A stretch of DNA of 64,000 nt from Lingula anatina (taxonomy: Eukaryota > Animalia > Brachiopoda), in contig CM120642.1 in the NCBI GenBank assembly GCA_051362555.1, positions 6,014,001 through 6,078,000 on the forward strand, written 5' to 3'. Position 1 is the stretch's first letter. Every line of letters begins with the position of its first letter. The notes beneath the pieces were generated by a model. That model worked only from the letters and a program-made list of their open reading frames with translations, was not told the DNA's origin and did no database searches. Positions 35,860 through 50,579 of this stretch are shown here, piece after piece. Both the position numbers and the translations under genes were made by a program.

Positions 35860-38800
35860 AATAATGAATACTGCAGTTATTGAATTTTTCTAATTTAGTT
35901 TTTGGGAACGTACACCCAGTTTTTCTTTTTATCATGTCAGTTTTTAGTGTTCCATTTGCATCCTTTTTTTTACAAAAATAATAATAATAATAATAATAAT
36001 GTGTAATATGACGAAGACGCGATTCTGATTTTTCACATTCTGTCTTGATATTTTTCCAATGTTTTTGTTTAAGATGTTAATAAAATGTTTCCATACAACA
36101 ATAGCTATACAGGTTTACCTTATTGGAATGATTTTATGTTACGTTTAGTTTGATCAAGACATCAAAATAATAGTCATGTAACTTTGCCCAGAGGTTCAAA
36201 CTCTCTAAAGGTATCAACGTAGAAGCATTCTAAAGTCCATAGTTTGACATTTAATTACTCTTTGACCACAGGGGGCGCTAGTAGTCTCTCGCAAAATTAT
36301 TTTCTTCTTCAATTCTGTAAACTTTCCTACAGGCCCCTGCCCAACATCCAAGCCATCTCTGGGCAAGGTTCGTTTGTCAGTACGGTAAAGGTCATAACAA
36401 GTGAAAATTGGTCAGCAATGGCAAACGTCAGAACAACTGTCTTCGCTTTTTAAAACTTAGCCCCAATAAATTTGTTTCATCTTAGGGGTTCTGTAACTAC
36501 TCGTACATAAAGGGGCGATCTCAAAAGTTCACACAGATTAAAGCTTATTAATCAGCGCGAGGCCACTATACGTACCGCTCATTCCATGATATATGTTAAA
36601 GTTTTTGAAATGATCATCTTTTAAGACAGCTTCTCTTAATAGAGGTATTTATTTATTTATTTATCACTTTAAGCTCGTATCATATATAAATCAGGTGATT
36701 TCATTTACGTCAATGCTAGTGCCCAGGGACTTCAGAGTGTGGGTCCAAATGTCTGTAATCTAGTCGAATAAAGCAGCACACTTGATAAATGCCACTCAAT
36801 ACCGCCAAGAACGATTATTGGTAGACGTTACTAGTGATTTAGCTAACAATAAATCACCAGACACTGACGGCTTTGTAATAGACCCGATCCAAATGTTCTT
36901 CTGATTTTGTAAATCCTCTGCCTGGAATACTTTTCACTGGAAAATTGATTTGCCGCCTTATCATTGTGATGTGCATCGTCTAGCGCCCACAAGCATGTAC
37001 ATGTTGATGAGCACCCGTAGTTGGAGAGATTTTTGGATACGTTTAGATGTTAAAAAAGTCCAAATGTATGCCTCTTGTATTTAACACGAATATAATCTTA
37101 TTTTCGGCTTATTACTGTTTTTTCATAATGTCACATATAGATATTTAGTAAGCCTCGAAGCTTCTGCAGAATTCAGAGTGAAATAACAGGGCAATAATTG
37201 CCGACTATCGAGCAAAAAAACGGAATATGTGTTGTACATGTAAATTACCATCGGGCTTCACATATTCCTTTAAAGGTACAAAAAGTTCGTCCTTCGGTAC
37301 ATACTGTACAAAACAAAAACCAATTTCTTATCTTTACTGTCACAATTAATATTCACTTAATCTATGTATTCTTATCATAATGGTCACCCAAAGATTAGAA
37401 AGTTTAAAACTCAAAGAATGGGTTCATGGGTCGTTATAATTTGTTGCCGCTTTTTGATATGGTATAAAAGTTTTAACAGTTTTGGCTTTTAAAAGGTCCA
37501 ACTGTCCGAGTGTGCCTCCAAAAATAGCATGTCTTAAAAGTGCACATCCCCGGCACGGAAAGTACTTCCAACTGTGAGTCATTACAAGTACAGATGTCAC
37601 TGTTAAGAATCATCTATCGATATACTGACACGATCTTGAGAAAATCATCCAAACCGAAGAAACCATCGTGCTGTAATCAATTGTGACTAGATCTGCCGAT
37701 ATCGTTTCACAGTTTTATTCATCTTTGTCAAAAAACCTGAGGAAATTGAAATAACTGACATCTGAACACCCACAAAATATTATCCCCGGAGAAGATGAAT
37801 TAAAAACTGCAATTTTACCACATACTTCTCAGAAGTAAACAAAAACCTTTAGTTTCTGACACGCAAGCACAAAAATAATAATTAATAGAGAAGATTATTT
37901 TTAGATTCCAACCGAGCCACCAAACCGGATGTTATAAGAAAAAAGTCTAAAAATAACAGTTCAGCACAGAAATTTTTAACCCAAGGAAAAAGTGAATATA
38001 AGACTATAAATGGGAGTCTATGCCAGATATTTTAAAACAAAAAAAACATTTAGATTCTGACACCTATGCACAAATAACTGACACAAATGATTGATTTCAA
38101 GGGGATGTTTATGACATACACTCCGATTAATCAACTATTTATGATACACTCCGACAAATCAACTATTTTGGACATTTTCAGAAGCAAAATACTTAGCACA
38201 GAAAATATTACATTGATCAACCATAAAGATAGCACCAAAACACATGTGTATATATAGTACATATCAGAAAGACGAAGCGTCTGGGTGGTGTGTCTGTGCA
38301 TGAAGACCAAAACGCCAACGATCGAAAAAAAGTGTTTCCCACACTTCGTGATCTGCCTGGTAGCAACAAACACCTCGACGTTGCTCGACTTCTGAATTAA
38401 TGACTTAAGTACCAGAAAGATGCTTTAATAATAACACAGAAATGAAAATTGATATCATACTGTACTTGTCTGACAAGCTTTCTACTCACATTTCCCCAGT
38501 TTCCCCCTAAAATCAATTTCCCTTTATACGCCACACCTGTGGCCTCCCTTGTGCGCATCTTACACAAGCTATTTATAAGTGGTCGTAATTTGATCGAATT
38601 AACCCATAAAACCTTCATTAATCTGATCAGGTAAAATTCCAATAAGCCAACTAAAGTAAATGGAAAGCGATAAACAAAAAATCCGATATATTCTTAAGAT
38701 AAGTGAATTTACGAAGCAGTTGTTAACGTGATCTTTTTAATGGCCTAAGCCACTTTGCAACATCCTGAAAGCAGAGGATACACAAGAGACTTTATTATAT

Positions 38801-40399
38801 CCCATCAGTTCGCATTTTTAGAAACAGCGGTATTTAGCAAACCTCCCATGGCTGGTTCTGTTAGCATTTTAACCGGTTTGCTTCTATTACATGTGTAGCA
38901 GCTGTGGAAAATATAGAACTATGATGAATAAGTCTTGAAATTAAGAGCGAATTTCCTTTACACTTTATATGTGCATTCAGCCAAATGAAATAATGTTAGA
39001 TTATATTTTATTTCTGAAGAATGGAATAATTACAGCAACACAGCAAGATATATTAATAGAAGGTTCAATGCCTATATCCACAAGGCAGAAATCAGAATAT
39101 CTGACATGCCAGCATTTTCCGCATTATTTATCTCCAAAACTGGATATTTATTTCAGCTAATTTACAATGATGATCAACCTTGTTAAGTTTCCTAGTGGAC
39201 CACGCACCCCTCCCCCTGCTTTGGGGGTGCATTTAACCCTTTTCCATTTCTACCCACCAAAAATCAGTAATTCTCCTGTTTCCTCAGTAAAATTGTCCTC
39301 ACTCACAATTTTATATAATTACAAAGGTTCCAATGAATAAAAAAGGGTGAATGAATGCATTATAAACACTTTATTCTTCATTAAAAGCGCCTGGAAGATA
39401 GTTGAAGTCTTTTGAGTTCAGCATTACCGCATTGGATGCTACGGTTCCCACCATATTGGCATTCAGCAGACAGACTTGCCCATCAATCATTTCTGTTATG
39501 AAGAAATAAGGCAGTTTGGTTCTGTGGAATTATTCAAACGTCGATACCATTGCAGGGGCCGTATAATCTACGTTATCGTGCTAATTTTTTTAATTAAAAA
39601 CTTAAGTGAATATTTCTCCACCTGGAAATGAACAAGACAGGTTTGTCGGTTTCTTGGGCAACCCTGTTGGTAATGTCTTACTATTTCTTCTCACTTTCTT
39701 TCTTAAACCACGAAATTGAAATTTGACCATCATGGCCGATGAAATTCAAGAGCATTTAAGTCCAGAGGCAAAAGGTTCGGGCCATTAATACGTCGAACAA
39801 AATTATTGATTCATTTCACCAGAACATACATTATATAATCCGCTCTATAAACATTTAGATATATGTATTAGTCGTTCCCTCATTTGATGTGCTACGTTGA
39901 AAAGAGGGAACAGCTTAATGGGCATTATCATCAGAAAAAACCGGACACCCAACTACGAACAGGAATACATGTACATGTTGGTGGTGGTCAGGCAGATAAG
40001 GTAGGGAAAGGATCTATATTCTTACGTTTGTATGCATTTGTATAATATATTTCTGATTACAATTACAAAAAAAAATAACAAAAAGTCTATAAAAATTTAC
40101 GTATCTGTAGTTTGTGTCTCTTACATAATTATTTAAGAAAGCGTACATTTTCTTTGTGAAATGTGAACTTGCCTTAGGTCAAATAAAAGTGCAAAGCAGT
40201 GAAAGTCATTTCTCGTGTTTACGTATCAGCACAAAATTCTCTCAGTCTGTTAACAAGAATTCTTCGTGATGTTTTGGCTTGTTTTGAGGATAATTTCTAT
40301 GCGGATGAACCCATTAGTTCTGTCTTTTCATGTGTATTTTCGAGATAATTGCCAGGTTTGTGCAAGTACGCTTCATATACCGACAAATATGTTCAGACG

Positions 40400-41060
40400 A
40401 GGATCAATTTGGATCGGATATTGGGCCACGGACGTTATAACACGCCAAGCAGAGATTGCTGAGATGGCTGTGATTTGAGATAGATCGCCCCAATTTAGCA
40501 GAAAATGCTATTTTTATGCCTGTCGAAGCTAAAACCCACAGACTAGGATCCAAAATTGAATCATATAGAACCCATTTAATTATTACGATGGGTCCTAGAT
40601 CTATGCAATGCAGAGTGCCTTGGTTGGAAAAACCATGCGCCGTAGCCCAGACGTAATGAACATTTGAAGACAAATAGTCTTTCAATGTGGAACTGGTGAA
40701 TTGGATAATCATGACTTGATAAAATTCAATGCAGTTACATGATTTTTGTTTTACCGATAACTTATTGCATAAAACTAAGACTGCTGTGCTCTCAATATAC
40801 CACGGATCGGCCACTTTGGGGAAAGAATCAATTAAACAGGATTGTGTCCTCATCGTCGTCGGGTTGAGGGATTATCTTCCGTGATCAAGTTATTATTAAT
40901 GCGTAGGTGTCGGGTTTTGAAATAGTGCAACGACCTCTCACGAGCGTTCTTGTAAAACTACAAGCCGTGAAAGTGTTTGTAAGGAGAAACTCAGGAGACC
41001 AACAATATGGACAAAGGATATTTAATTCGTGGTAAGCCATTATGTTGATAATGTAGTACC
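40400..41060 (-). pseudogene. Possible degraded rhodopsin-family GPCR fragment
   Basis: Translation contains TM5-like STAVLVLCNKL and TM7-like KWVLYDSILDPSLWVLA, similar to the NxILDPWxYxL motif of prostanoid-type receptors; upstream frame is broken. Confidence 0.3.
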
Positions 41061-42467
41061 TAATAATTGGGCGACTCGTATTAACTGAAATGAATAGGGA
41101 ATCTATAGTTTTTGTTCTTGTGCGTACGTACGCAAGGCTGTGTTAACGTATGTGTGTGTGTGTGTGTATGAAGACTTCGCTCATGATTGCGAGACAGGTT
41201 TCAGTAATTATCATGATTTCTTTGAAAAAAATTATTTCCGTTACATTTTGCTATCAAGCATACATTTTTCACTCTGGAAGTCTTTTTAGCAAGGCATCGT
41301 TGCAATGGGTTCTCTTCAAATGCCTTCAAATAGCTTCATCCAAGCTTGGCATAATAACGAATTCGGTCGTAATTTTGCCCATGACCCTAGGATCCACCAA
41401 ACAGGTCCTAAATCGGTCGAAACTAAAAAAAATAGATTAAAATTTGCATGATACTAAGTCAAACATATCGAGTATAGGTATTTGCAACATTTACTATTCC
41501 AGTCTCTTACACGTCTTTATTGATTAGCTCTCCATTTACTAAACATGTCATGAGTCAAGCAGCAGAAGAAAATCGAACGTTTTCGTCTGATCTTGAAAGG
41601 CCGCCACATTATTACTTCCTAATTGTATGGTTTTAATGCATTGGCATATGAATGACATTGTCATGACCTCATACGGCGAAACTGTACACGTTGCAAAACT
41701 GAACTTGAATTGTGCTGTGGTATTCATTTTTATCTTTTATCATAAGACAGAACCTTACAAATGCATAAAAATGTGTATCATGCCAGGAAGCCAACCAGAT
41801 TTTTCTGTGCTTCAAATCAGTTTTTTCCAAAAATGGTAACTCTAAGGTGTTCCCGCTTTGTGCTACGCGTGAGACAGTCAAAGCGTTCCGTGGACCACGA
41901 TCTTTCACGATTGGTTTGATCCTAGATGAAGCAATATTGCTGCAAGACCGAAATCGCTTATTTTTTACATGTAACTTTCAGACCAACATATTAGGGAGAG
42001 TTCCTGGTAGTTTGCGTAATGCATATAAAGTAAACTGAAGTTTCCAACATGCTTCTGCGTCTACTGACAAGTTGTACGATCAATATTTGAAATGGCGATA
42101 TTTCCTCGTAACTCTGCTCTTTTTTTAAATTAAATTTTAACAGAATCGAAATTGAAATTGTATTATGGTTGGTAACTTTAACTAAGGTAATTGAAAATAT
42201 TGAAAGATTTACAGAATTGGTTGACTGCTGGGAGAAATGGTAATTATAGTGATAATGATGAGGTATAAGTCCATGTACCCAGAAGTATTTCTATGGACTT
42301 ATGGCTATTAATGTATAATATTGTAAAAGGGGCACGCAACACGGTGATTGTGGTTGTTACGAGCCTTTAGGAATGGTCATAGGGATGAGTCCCGGGGGAA
42401 ATGGCCCGTGCTACAAGGGTATAATGGGACAATTATATTACTATACTTGTTATAGTGTATCGTCCAG

Positions 42468-42469
<2 letters not shown>

Positions 42470-42552
<83 letters not shown>
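42470..42552. repeat. (TG)n(AG)n compound microsatellite
   Basis: Directly visible. Confidence 0.95.
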
Positions 42553-42554
<2 letters not shown>

Positions 42555-43501
42555 AGTAAATGTTGTGCAAGTACAGATGGATGGAGGGAGAGAAGGAGAG
42601 TGGAGGGAAGAAGAGAGTGCCAATCGAAGATGTTACACAACCCGCTGTTATTTGATGATTATATTCTAAAGGCACGTCAATAAAAATCGGATTATTATGA
42701 CAGGAAAACGTGGTTACGCATTAGAACTACCGAATTATTTTATTTATTAATGATAACACGGTACATAGTCTATCTGCAAGAAAAGGCGCTCCAGCGCTCA
42801 CTGACGTAACATATGGCAGTGTCTGACTTCTGTGTCTGAAAACTATCTACCAGGCTCGGTTCGTCATGCGTGCATACAGAAACATTCTAAAGGAAGCTGT
42901 ATATGTGGGGCCATATGGCCATATTCCCCATGCGCCCCACCCATTCTCCAGCTGCCGACTGTCATGTATATCTATATATAAATATATATCCCTTAGTTAA
43001 CTTGTCCAACCCGCTTTCTACTCTGACATACTGGGTTATTTCCATCAGAGTGACACCAGGAAGTGAGCAAAGAATTACCCTACAGGAAGCATACATCAAA
43101 GCTATAAAATATTCAGAGATCAATCAAAGATGGACGATAATAAAGATATACAGTATTTATGACAGTGGTGGGTGTAGGCAGGTTTTACATTACAAAACAT
43201 GCACATCAAAAGTTATAAAACCAGAGATCAATTAGAGATAAATGATTATAATTTAAATAGTGGTACGTTTATACGGGATATACATTACACAGCATACACA
43301 TCAAAAGTTATCAAACCAAAGATGAATTAAAGATGAATAGTAATGATAGATTTTCATATTAGTCCCACGTGGGAAAACAACGCAAAAATGAACAGATGAC
43401 ATTTCATTTACAAGCCTGAGATAAAATTGTTTTTTTTATGTTTTTTGCTGGAGGCATTTTCATGGTGTACAGTGTGTGTGAAAATACACGCTTGTGTCGT
43501 A

Positions 43502-43749
43502 GGGACGGTTCAAAATTAGCCATAACGATCTAGCTAATGTGCACTAACTCTACGGGGACTCTCGCTGAATGCAATCAGCCTAACATACCTCCTCCTGGCG
43601 TTGAGTCGAATGCAGAGAGGCTGGTGATTATATGGGTCCGTTGGAAACAAAAGGAGACGCGTTGGTCTGTTAATTTGATTTCATTCAGTCAGTACCCGCA
43701 GAGTTAGTGCACATTAGCTAGGCCGACATATCTCATCCTGAACGGTCCC
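43502..43749. mobile_element. Harbinger-like MITE
   Basis: Ends GGGACGGTTCA / TGAACGGTCCC; internal inverted repeat TAGCTAATGTGCACTAACTCT / AGAGTTAGTGCACATTAGCTA. Confidence 0.7.
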
Positions 43750-44523
43750 TTATTTTTTTAATAATCACCGGTGGATCAAGGATTTTGCTGCGGTAGGGGG
43801 GTACACAGATGAAAAAATAACAATGTAAAATATATATAACTGGGACAATTGTACTTTTATATGTAAGGCACAGGGATGGGATAGATGTTGATTTTTTTTC
43901 TTGTTTCGATTGTTATACTGTTTTGAAGGGGGGAAAGGGGTATCTGCCGGTCGTGCTCTCTACCTGAATCCGACGTTAAATGATAAGATACCAGTACATG
44001 ACGTCTGCGTTGTCATCATCTCCCGTCACAGAGCGTTTTGATTGGAATCTATCATATAAAGTGATTAATTATTTGCATCAAATATTCAACTATTCATTCC
44101 TAATCAAAATAATCTTACCACTCTATCCTAAGCACCCTTGTATTCTATAAAGAATGAAATAACTGAATATAATATTATCTACAGTAAAGTCACGTCTGAC
44201 ATCCATCAGTTAAATAAAGCCCGCATTCATTTTTGTCGGCAATAATGTGAAGGAAGCCTGCGTGTCATATTTACAGAGTGATATTATCGATAAAGATGAC
44301 ACGTGGAAATATAACGTCTGGAATATATATTTCCTCTGCCTTCACTTATTTTATTCATCTGTGCGTAAATCGACAATACGCTGTTATGTGTTTTAAGGAC
44401 TTTCAAGTTATATTAAAAGCCATCATCACATTTCCAGTATACGGTAAGATGGGTACTGGTCTTAGCAGTGGTGATATAAATGAGTATGCCAATACATGGC
44501 TATAGTATAGAACAGTGCTGACA

Positions 44524-44575
<52 letters not shown>

Positions 44576-47500
44576 GTAAAAGAAATCGGGGGGTAAACTT
44601 TGTCACAGATAGCAGATGCAAGATATATGTACCTTTCATTAGCAGATCTAAGAATTTGCTCAGGATGGAATGGGGGGAGTTACAATGATATTTTAGCTTC
44701 GCTTCGCTCTACAAATATAAAACAATAGACGTGGAGAGTTTCACTGTAATATTTAGGGCACAGGAGTGACTCAATTGCTTAGTTTTTTCTTGTTTTGCTA
44801 GTTGGAGAAAAAGGTACCTCCGAAACTAGGAGTAGGGATGTAGGGGAAGGTAACCGCTGTGCCTACGTATACCCCTCCCCCCACCCCACCCCTCCATAAT
44901 GTAGCATCAATACCTAAAAAAATGTCCCGTGACATGAAGTCAATATGTCTCCGAAAACAATGGTCCATTGGATCTGACAAGGAACAAGGAATTACTGCTA
45001 CGTCCTCCTTTGGGCAGAGTTAACAATGCTTCTGTAATTTTTTCTTTCGTGATGTAGCATGCAGTTCGCAAACAACGATTTAGTTAGTCACAGCCATCAA
45101 CGAACCATAAAATTTCAAACAAAGCTGCATGTACATGATACATTATGTCGCATAGGGCTTCTGTAATACGAAACCGCGGCTGAATCAGGGACAGGCGGTT
45201 TCACAAGGCGCACAAAGGTAGAGCGTTGAGAGGACACGGACAGCCCACCCTACGTTGGATTCGTACAGGTCAGGGCTAAATGGCGTAAGTGGGTCAAAAT
45301 CTAGGACTGGGCTAACCTGTACAAGTCTATGGAAACTGGACTAATGTAATTTGCCTGATCCTCAATCACGCCATACCTAACCAGCACCACATAAAGCAAA
45401 TAAGTTTTGTCTGCCGCGTGGCGAGGCCCCGCTTTGACAGCCTGGTAGCGAGCGTATACATCAAAGTCTCACTGAGCCCGGAACACAATCAGTGAGGTGG
45501 ACTGGAAGGTGGCGGGCGTGGATTCAGGTGTGCTGGGTCCCGGGAATTTGTTTAACAAAATCGTGGGTTTTTCTGTTAACACTACACCGAGTACACATAG
45601 ACTATGTGTCCTGAGTACATGAAGCACTGAACAATACTCAGCCATGCCAGAAGTTCTTACATACTCGGTTATTGTTTGCCAATATAGGATGATATCAAGA
45701 TCGATGGTATGAACAGTTGGCCTAGGCGTCGGTAAGTGCCATTATAATGCCCTGTCGATAAAATGCTAGCGAGCGGATTTTGACCGATGTACATGTAGCT
45801 CACGTTTTCTTTACCCTCTACCAGGGCCACAGATTGATTTTTTTCACTAGATATCCGTTGACATTCCTCTAGATAAATGGTGGTACTTTTCTGGACTGCA
45901 TTTTGTCACGTTAGATAAAAGTGCACATAATTATCTGCGATCCTGATACGGATACGTTTTCTTCCTTGTAATCCACACACAGCAACAAGTGGGACGGAAT
46001 TCATTGTGCATATTCTAAAGGTCTAGTCGCTGAACTAAATTACAGGTAAACAACGTTATTATGGGGCCTCTGGCGTTCATAAGCAGGCTCTTAGTACAGG
46101 AAACGTTTTTTTATCCAAACTGAATGGCCTTTAAATAATTACAATACAGTTAAGGCTTAAAAACTGCGTCTGATGGCCGAGTTGCACAATACCGTACATG
46201 TGTACACTAATCGGTAAGCAAGCAGACAGTAGATTTAATAGGAGAGTAAGTAAGCGTAAATGTCACGAAATGTGCACTGACTTTGATCGACATGGCAGTC
46301 CAGCTTCTGGGTTTATAAAGATAGGAATAAACTCACAGAGGAAACAGAAGTTGTTATGGCATTTGCGGCATTTTACTGGCCCTTGTCCGTGTAATTAAAC
46401 AATTACAGGTGCGAGTTGACAGCCTGGGCGACCAGTGCCAATATTATTCCCCTTCCCATATTGATTGGTATTCGCCAGGCCCTCAAGCACATACATCAAA
46501 TATACATTTAGATATATACAATAAAACTGGCTGCGCAGTTATTATATAACGTGCTCATATGCGGGTGTATTTTGTTTACCAAATATAATGGTTGGCCAGG
46601 TGAAACAAAGCAAGCGGAGGCCTGCTTTGCTTATCGAATCAACCAGTGGATTCGGTGAAGCAAAGTAAACTGCTGTGCGTACGATTCAGTATTTCAACGG
46701 TTTCTCAAGTCAGTGGGGCATGTTTCCAAGAGCCATATACTACCGTGTTATATCAAGAAAAAGGGAATACAAGGTACCTTCAATCTTGTTTAACACTGTG
46801 CTAGGTAGGATGCACACTTGTGGACGATGGGGGAGGTCTCTCGTAAGTTGCTGTTGAAATTCTTGAGTGAATCGACCTCAGTTCACCCTTATAGTTTCGG
46901 AGGTCACTGGAAACTCATTGCAGAAACAACAAAGGTATGATGATAATTGAGATGCGAGTTTATTAGTGATCTTTGACATTGAGGGTGTATCTACGAGTCT
47001 TTATATAACGCTGTGCATTCCCCTTACATCGTGATGTACTAACTAGTTAAATTTGAGACCAAGATAACTGCGATCGATTGATATATGTCATCTACCATTA
47101 AAGGGCCTCCTCACGGTTCTAGCAGTTACAAAATATATATGTTGCAGAACTTCAACTGATTTTGTAGCAGCTAAAAGGACCTCTGGTATAGAGTAGGATA
47201 AATACCGGTAAATATATACAGGGCAGAGCAAGCAACTCTTCACCATTCAATGCTTCACCGTTCATGACGTCGGTGAGTTTTCTTTACTTTTAACACAAAT
47301 CTGCCTCTTGATAGCCGGGTAAAGGTTTTCATAATGCCAGACAAGGTGGTTGTCAACAACTGAATGACTACATGACAAACACAGACATGACGCTTTGGGG
47401 CTATGTACAGTTGTGAAGGTGTTATTAGAGGCCTAATAATGTTATCAAGCTCGGCGAGTCGATCGAAAAAACCCACCGAGCACTGCAGTGCAAATACTTT

Positions 47501-48971
47501 GATACTACATGTGCGAATGAGGCGGTGGCCTCACTATAGTGTGCCCTGTCTTTAGAGGACGATTAGTGAAAACTATTTAGCCGATTTGCTTTGTCAAATG
47601 CCCTGATGCTGTTTTGTAAAGAGCACAAAACGAGGTCCCTGACAATACATATTGATGTTTTATTGTCACGAGCACATATTTTTTTATAATAATTAATGAC
47701 CTAATTTAAAACTACACAGGTGTGTTTGCTTACAGCCAGCCGTATAAAAAGGTAACATGTAAAGCTATATACGTATACTAAAACTGATAGCGCACTTAAA
47801 CACACACACACACACACCAAGTTCTATGACATAAGGCCGCTTTCAGGTTTTTGCAAGTCACAAAGGACTGTCGACTATTTATTATGTGACGGATGTGAAG
47901 AAGTAGGAGCACTAGGGCAATGATTTCAGCTTAGCCCCATGGGTTTTCCCTTCGTCCACGCGGCCTATTGAGTTCGATTCACCGGATCAAATGCTTATGT
48001 TTCTCAAGCGAACAAGTTTTGCCAACATTCGATCGATTATAAATGCTCATTTTGAGACTTGGCTAAACGTAGATAATATTTAGAGGGCAGCTGTACTAAT
48101 ATGATGATATATGCACGGTATGTAGGTGGTGATATTTTTCAAGATAACACCTCTAATGCTAAAGGTAAATGATAGGTTCATGTACACTCGAACAAGGCCT
48201 TGATTAGTGACATTTTTCTCTAGCTCACGAATACAGCAGGTCAAGCTTTATGCTCCGAGGGGTTTTATTGTAGACTTCTAAGGGCCGTTCTGCCATTTAA
48301 AAAGTATGAAGATGTGAGAGACGGATTGTACGAGAAGGACGGACCCATCTCCATTGTAAACACAACATACTAGTTCATCTAAATAAACAAAAGCATGGGA
48401 TATCGAGCCGTAAACCAGGTCACAGGGGAAATGAAGGTTATCGCGCGTAAGAGACAGATTAAAACGTGATTTTGCAGGTAGATGAGGCTACCACGCGTTA
48501 ACTGCGGATGAAAAAACGAGTGACTCGAATTGAATTAGATAGGAAGGGAATCCCACAGGGATATATGCTGCTGGTGGTGATAATATAGTTATAGTCACCT
48601 GGCGGTAGTCTGTTGCCAATGTTTTATGATCCACACCTGTAAGTACACCGTAAATATACCAGACGCTAGTGTCTGAGAATAACGTGCATTTGTAAAGACT
48701 GTAAAGGCAGGCGGTTCATTAAGATAAACACACGGCAAAGTTACATTGACACCGCCTAACAAGAATGACGTTGAACCAGGTACGTTCGAGGTAGTCTGTC
48801 AGCGGAATAAATAAGATACAGAATGTAGGTCATTTTTCAAAGTGAAAATTGTAGTATAACATGACACGGGGAGCGGTGTATCTAGGCCAGGGCTGGAAAG
48901 GCACAGTGCCCTGGGAGCCTTGTAAAGGGGGTGCCTCTGAGATTTAACGTCACCGAAAGGCGCTAATGTAA

Positions 48972-49289
48972 TTTTTACCTCCGCCAAGGAGGTTATGTTT
49001 TTGGTTCCGTCATTTTGTCTGTCTGTCTATCTGTCTGTCTGTCTGTTAGCAACATCACAGAAAAAGTTATGGACCAATTTTGATGAAATTTTCTGGAACT
49101 GTCAGAAGTGGGCCAAGGAACAGATGAATAGTTTTTGGTGGTGATCCGGATCATTAATCAATCAATAATCAATAATCAAAAATAAAAAAACTAAATCATT
49201 ATAGAATGAAAATTTAGGGGTGAAACGGCATTGGGTGGAGACTTTGCCGCCTTGGCGGAGGTCTGTGCTCTCGGAGAGCTTTTCTAGTT
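48972..49289 (+). mobile_element. Non-autonomous Helentron/Helitron-type element
   Basis: Subterminal inverted repeat ACCTCCGCCAAGG / CCTTGGCGGAGGT, (TCTG)n tract, 3' hairpin GCTCTCGGAGAGC, terminal CTAG in a T-rich site. Confidence 0.75.
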
Positions 49290-50579
49290 ATGTAGTGCAA
49301 TGATTTGCTGACAAAAAGTCCAACGGAATAAAATTAACTTTTTGAGATGATTTCTTGCTTAAGGTTTTTTAAATAGGAGTCATGTGTTTAGATGTGCGTA
49401 ATTTCAGGTCTTTGTTTTCGGCGTTTTTTCCGAAGACAAGCCTACGCTCCTGCATGAAGGCCTCTCGGTGACGTACATGTAACTGAAGGGAAAGCGGTTC
49501 TCGTGAACGGTTTTAACACACCACGAAAGGCCTAACGTTTTGTAAAAGAAAAGTTGTGGGTGTTTTTCATTACCAGAATGAATATTTGATATTGTTGGCT
49601 GCAGTAAGTCGCTCAATATTTTTGTCGTTAAGGTTATCACGGTCGAAAAATCAGTATTGACATATGTAATAGTGTTTATTTAGAACGAGTCATGTGTAAA
49701 AACGACCAAGTCATTATAGTTATTTCATATTTCGAGGTATCTTACAAATTCCACCCTGCGTGTCAGAGGACACTGGGAACTCACCTCTTTATTATCAGTA
49801 TTCCTCTGATGTTTCCAGCACTCTGAAATTCAGGGTGACAAAATACAAACGTGGCTGGATAAATGACAGCGCTGATCACCCGGAGGCTTGAAAAAACAAA
49901 CAGCAAATTTTGGTGACATGATATCAGCACGATAGTTTAAACTACACAACGACTGTGTTTGAAATGCCTAAGCCATAGCGTCAGCTGTTCTAACTTTTTT
50001 GTCCACGCACCCATATTATTAATAGAGGCTGTCATGTGTTCGTCGGAAAAAACAGAACTCAATGTCGACCTTCTGCTAAAGCTTTTGTCTTATTTTTTCA
50101 TTTATTTCTATTCTTATTCAGTTAAATTGCATAATCTGAAACTACTATTTCCTTACTTGTTATTTCAGGATTACTCGTCTCAAAGTCAAGTTTTCATCTT
50201 TAAAAAGATAACAGACGGAACACCTGACGAAAGTTGGCAGTTCTTCTAATTCCCTACCAGGAAATAGTAAGAAGATCAAAGCGATTGAAACAGAATCGTC
50301 CTCCAGACGGCGACTCTATAAAACTGAGTGCAACCACAAACTACGTGACTTGGGACAAATGCTCTCTCCTTGTAAGCGAGTGCATGCGATTAAAGAAAGA
50401 AAACTCGTTGGATTAATTGTTCTGTTTAGCGGATAAGATTAGACTTTTATTGAAAAACAAATTCTTTGGGGTCATCATATTATTCCTGCAGAACAAGCGT
50501 GCTGTTCACTCGTGTCGTGTCGTAAAACGATAGCCGTGCTTCTCATAAATGCTGTAGAGATACATCCCGTCACCAAAGA

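Noticed and set aside
39370-39570. Minus-strand exon-like stretch (FHRTKLPYFFITEMIDGQV...)
   Set aside because: In-frame stop, no consistent partner exons and no recognisable homology.
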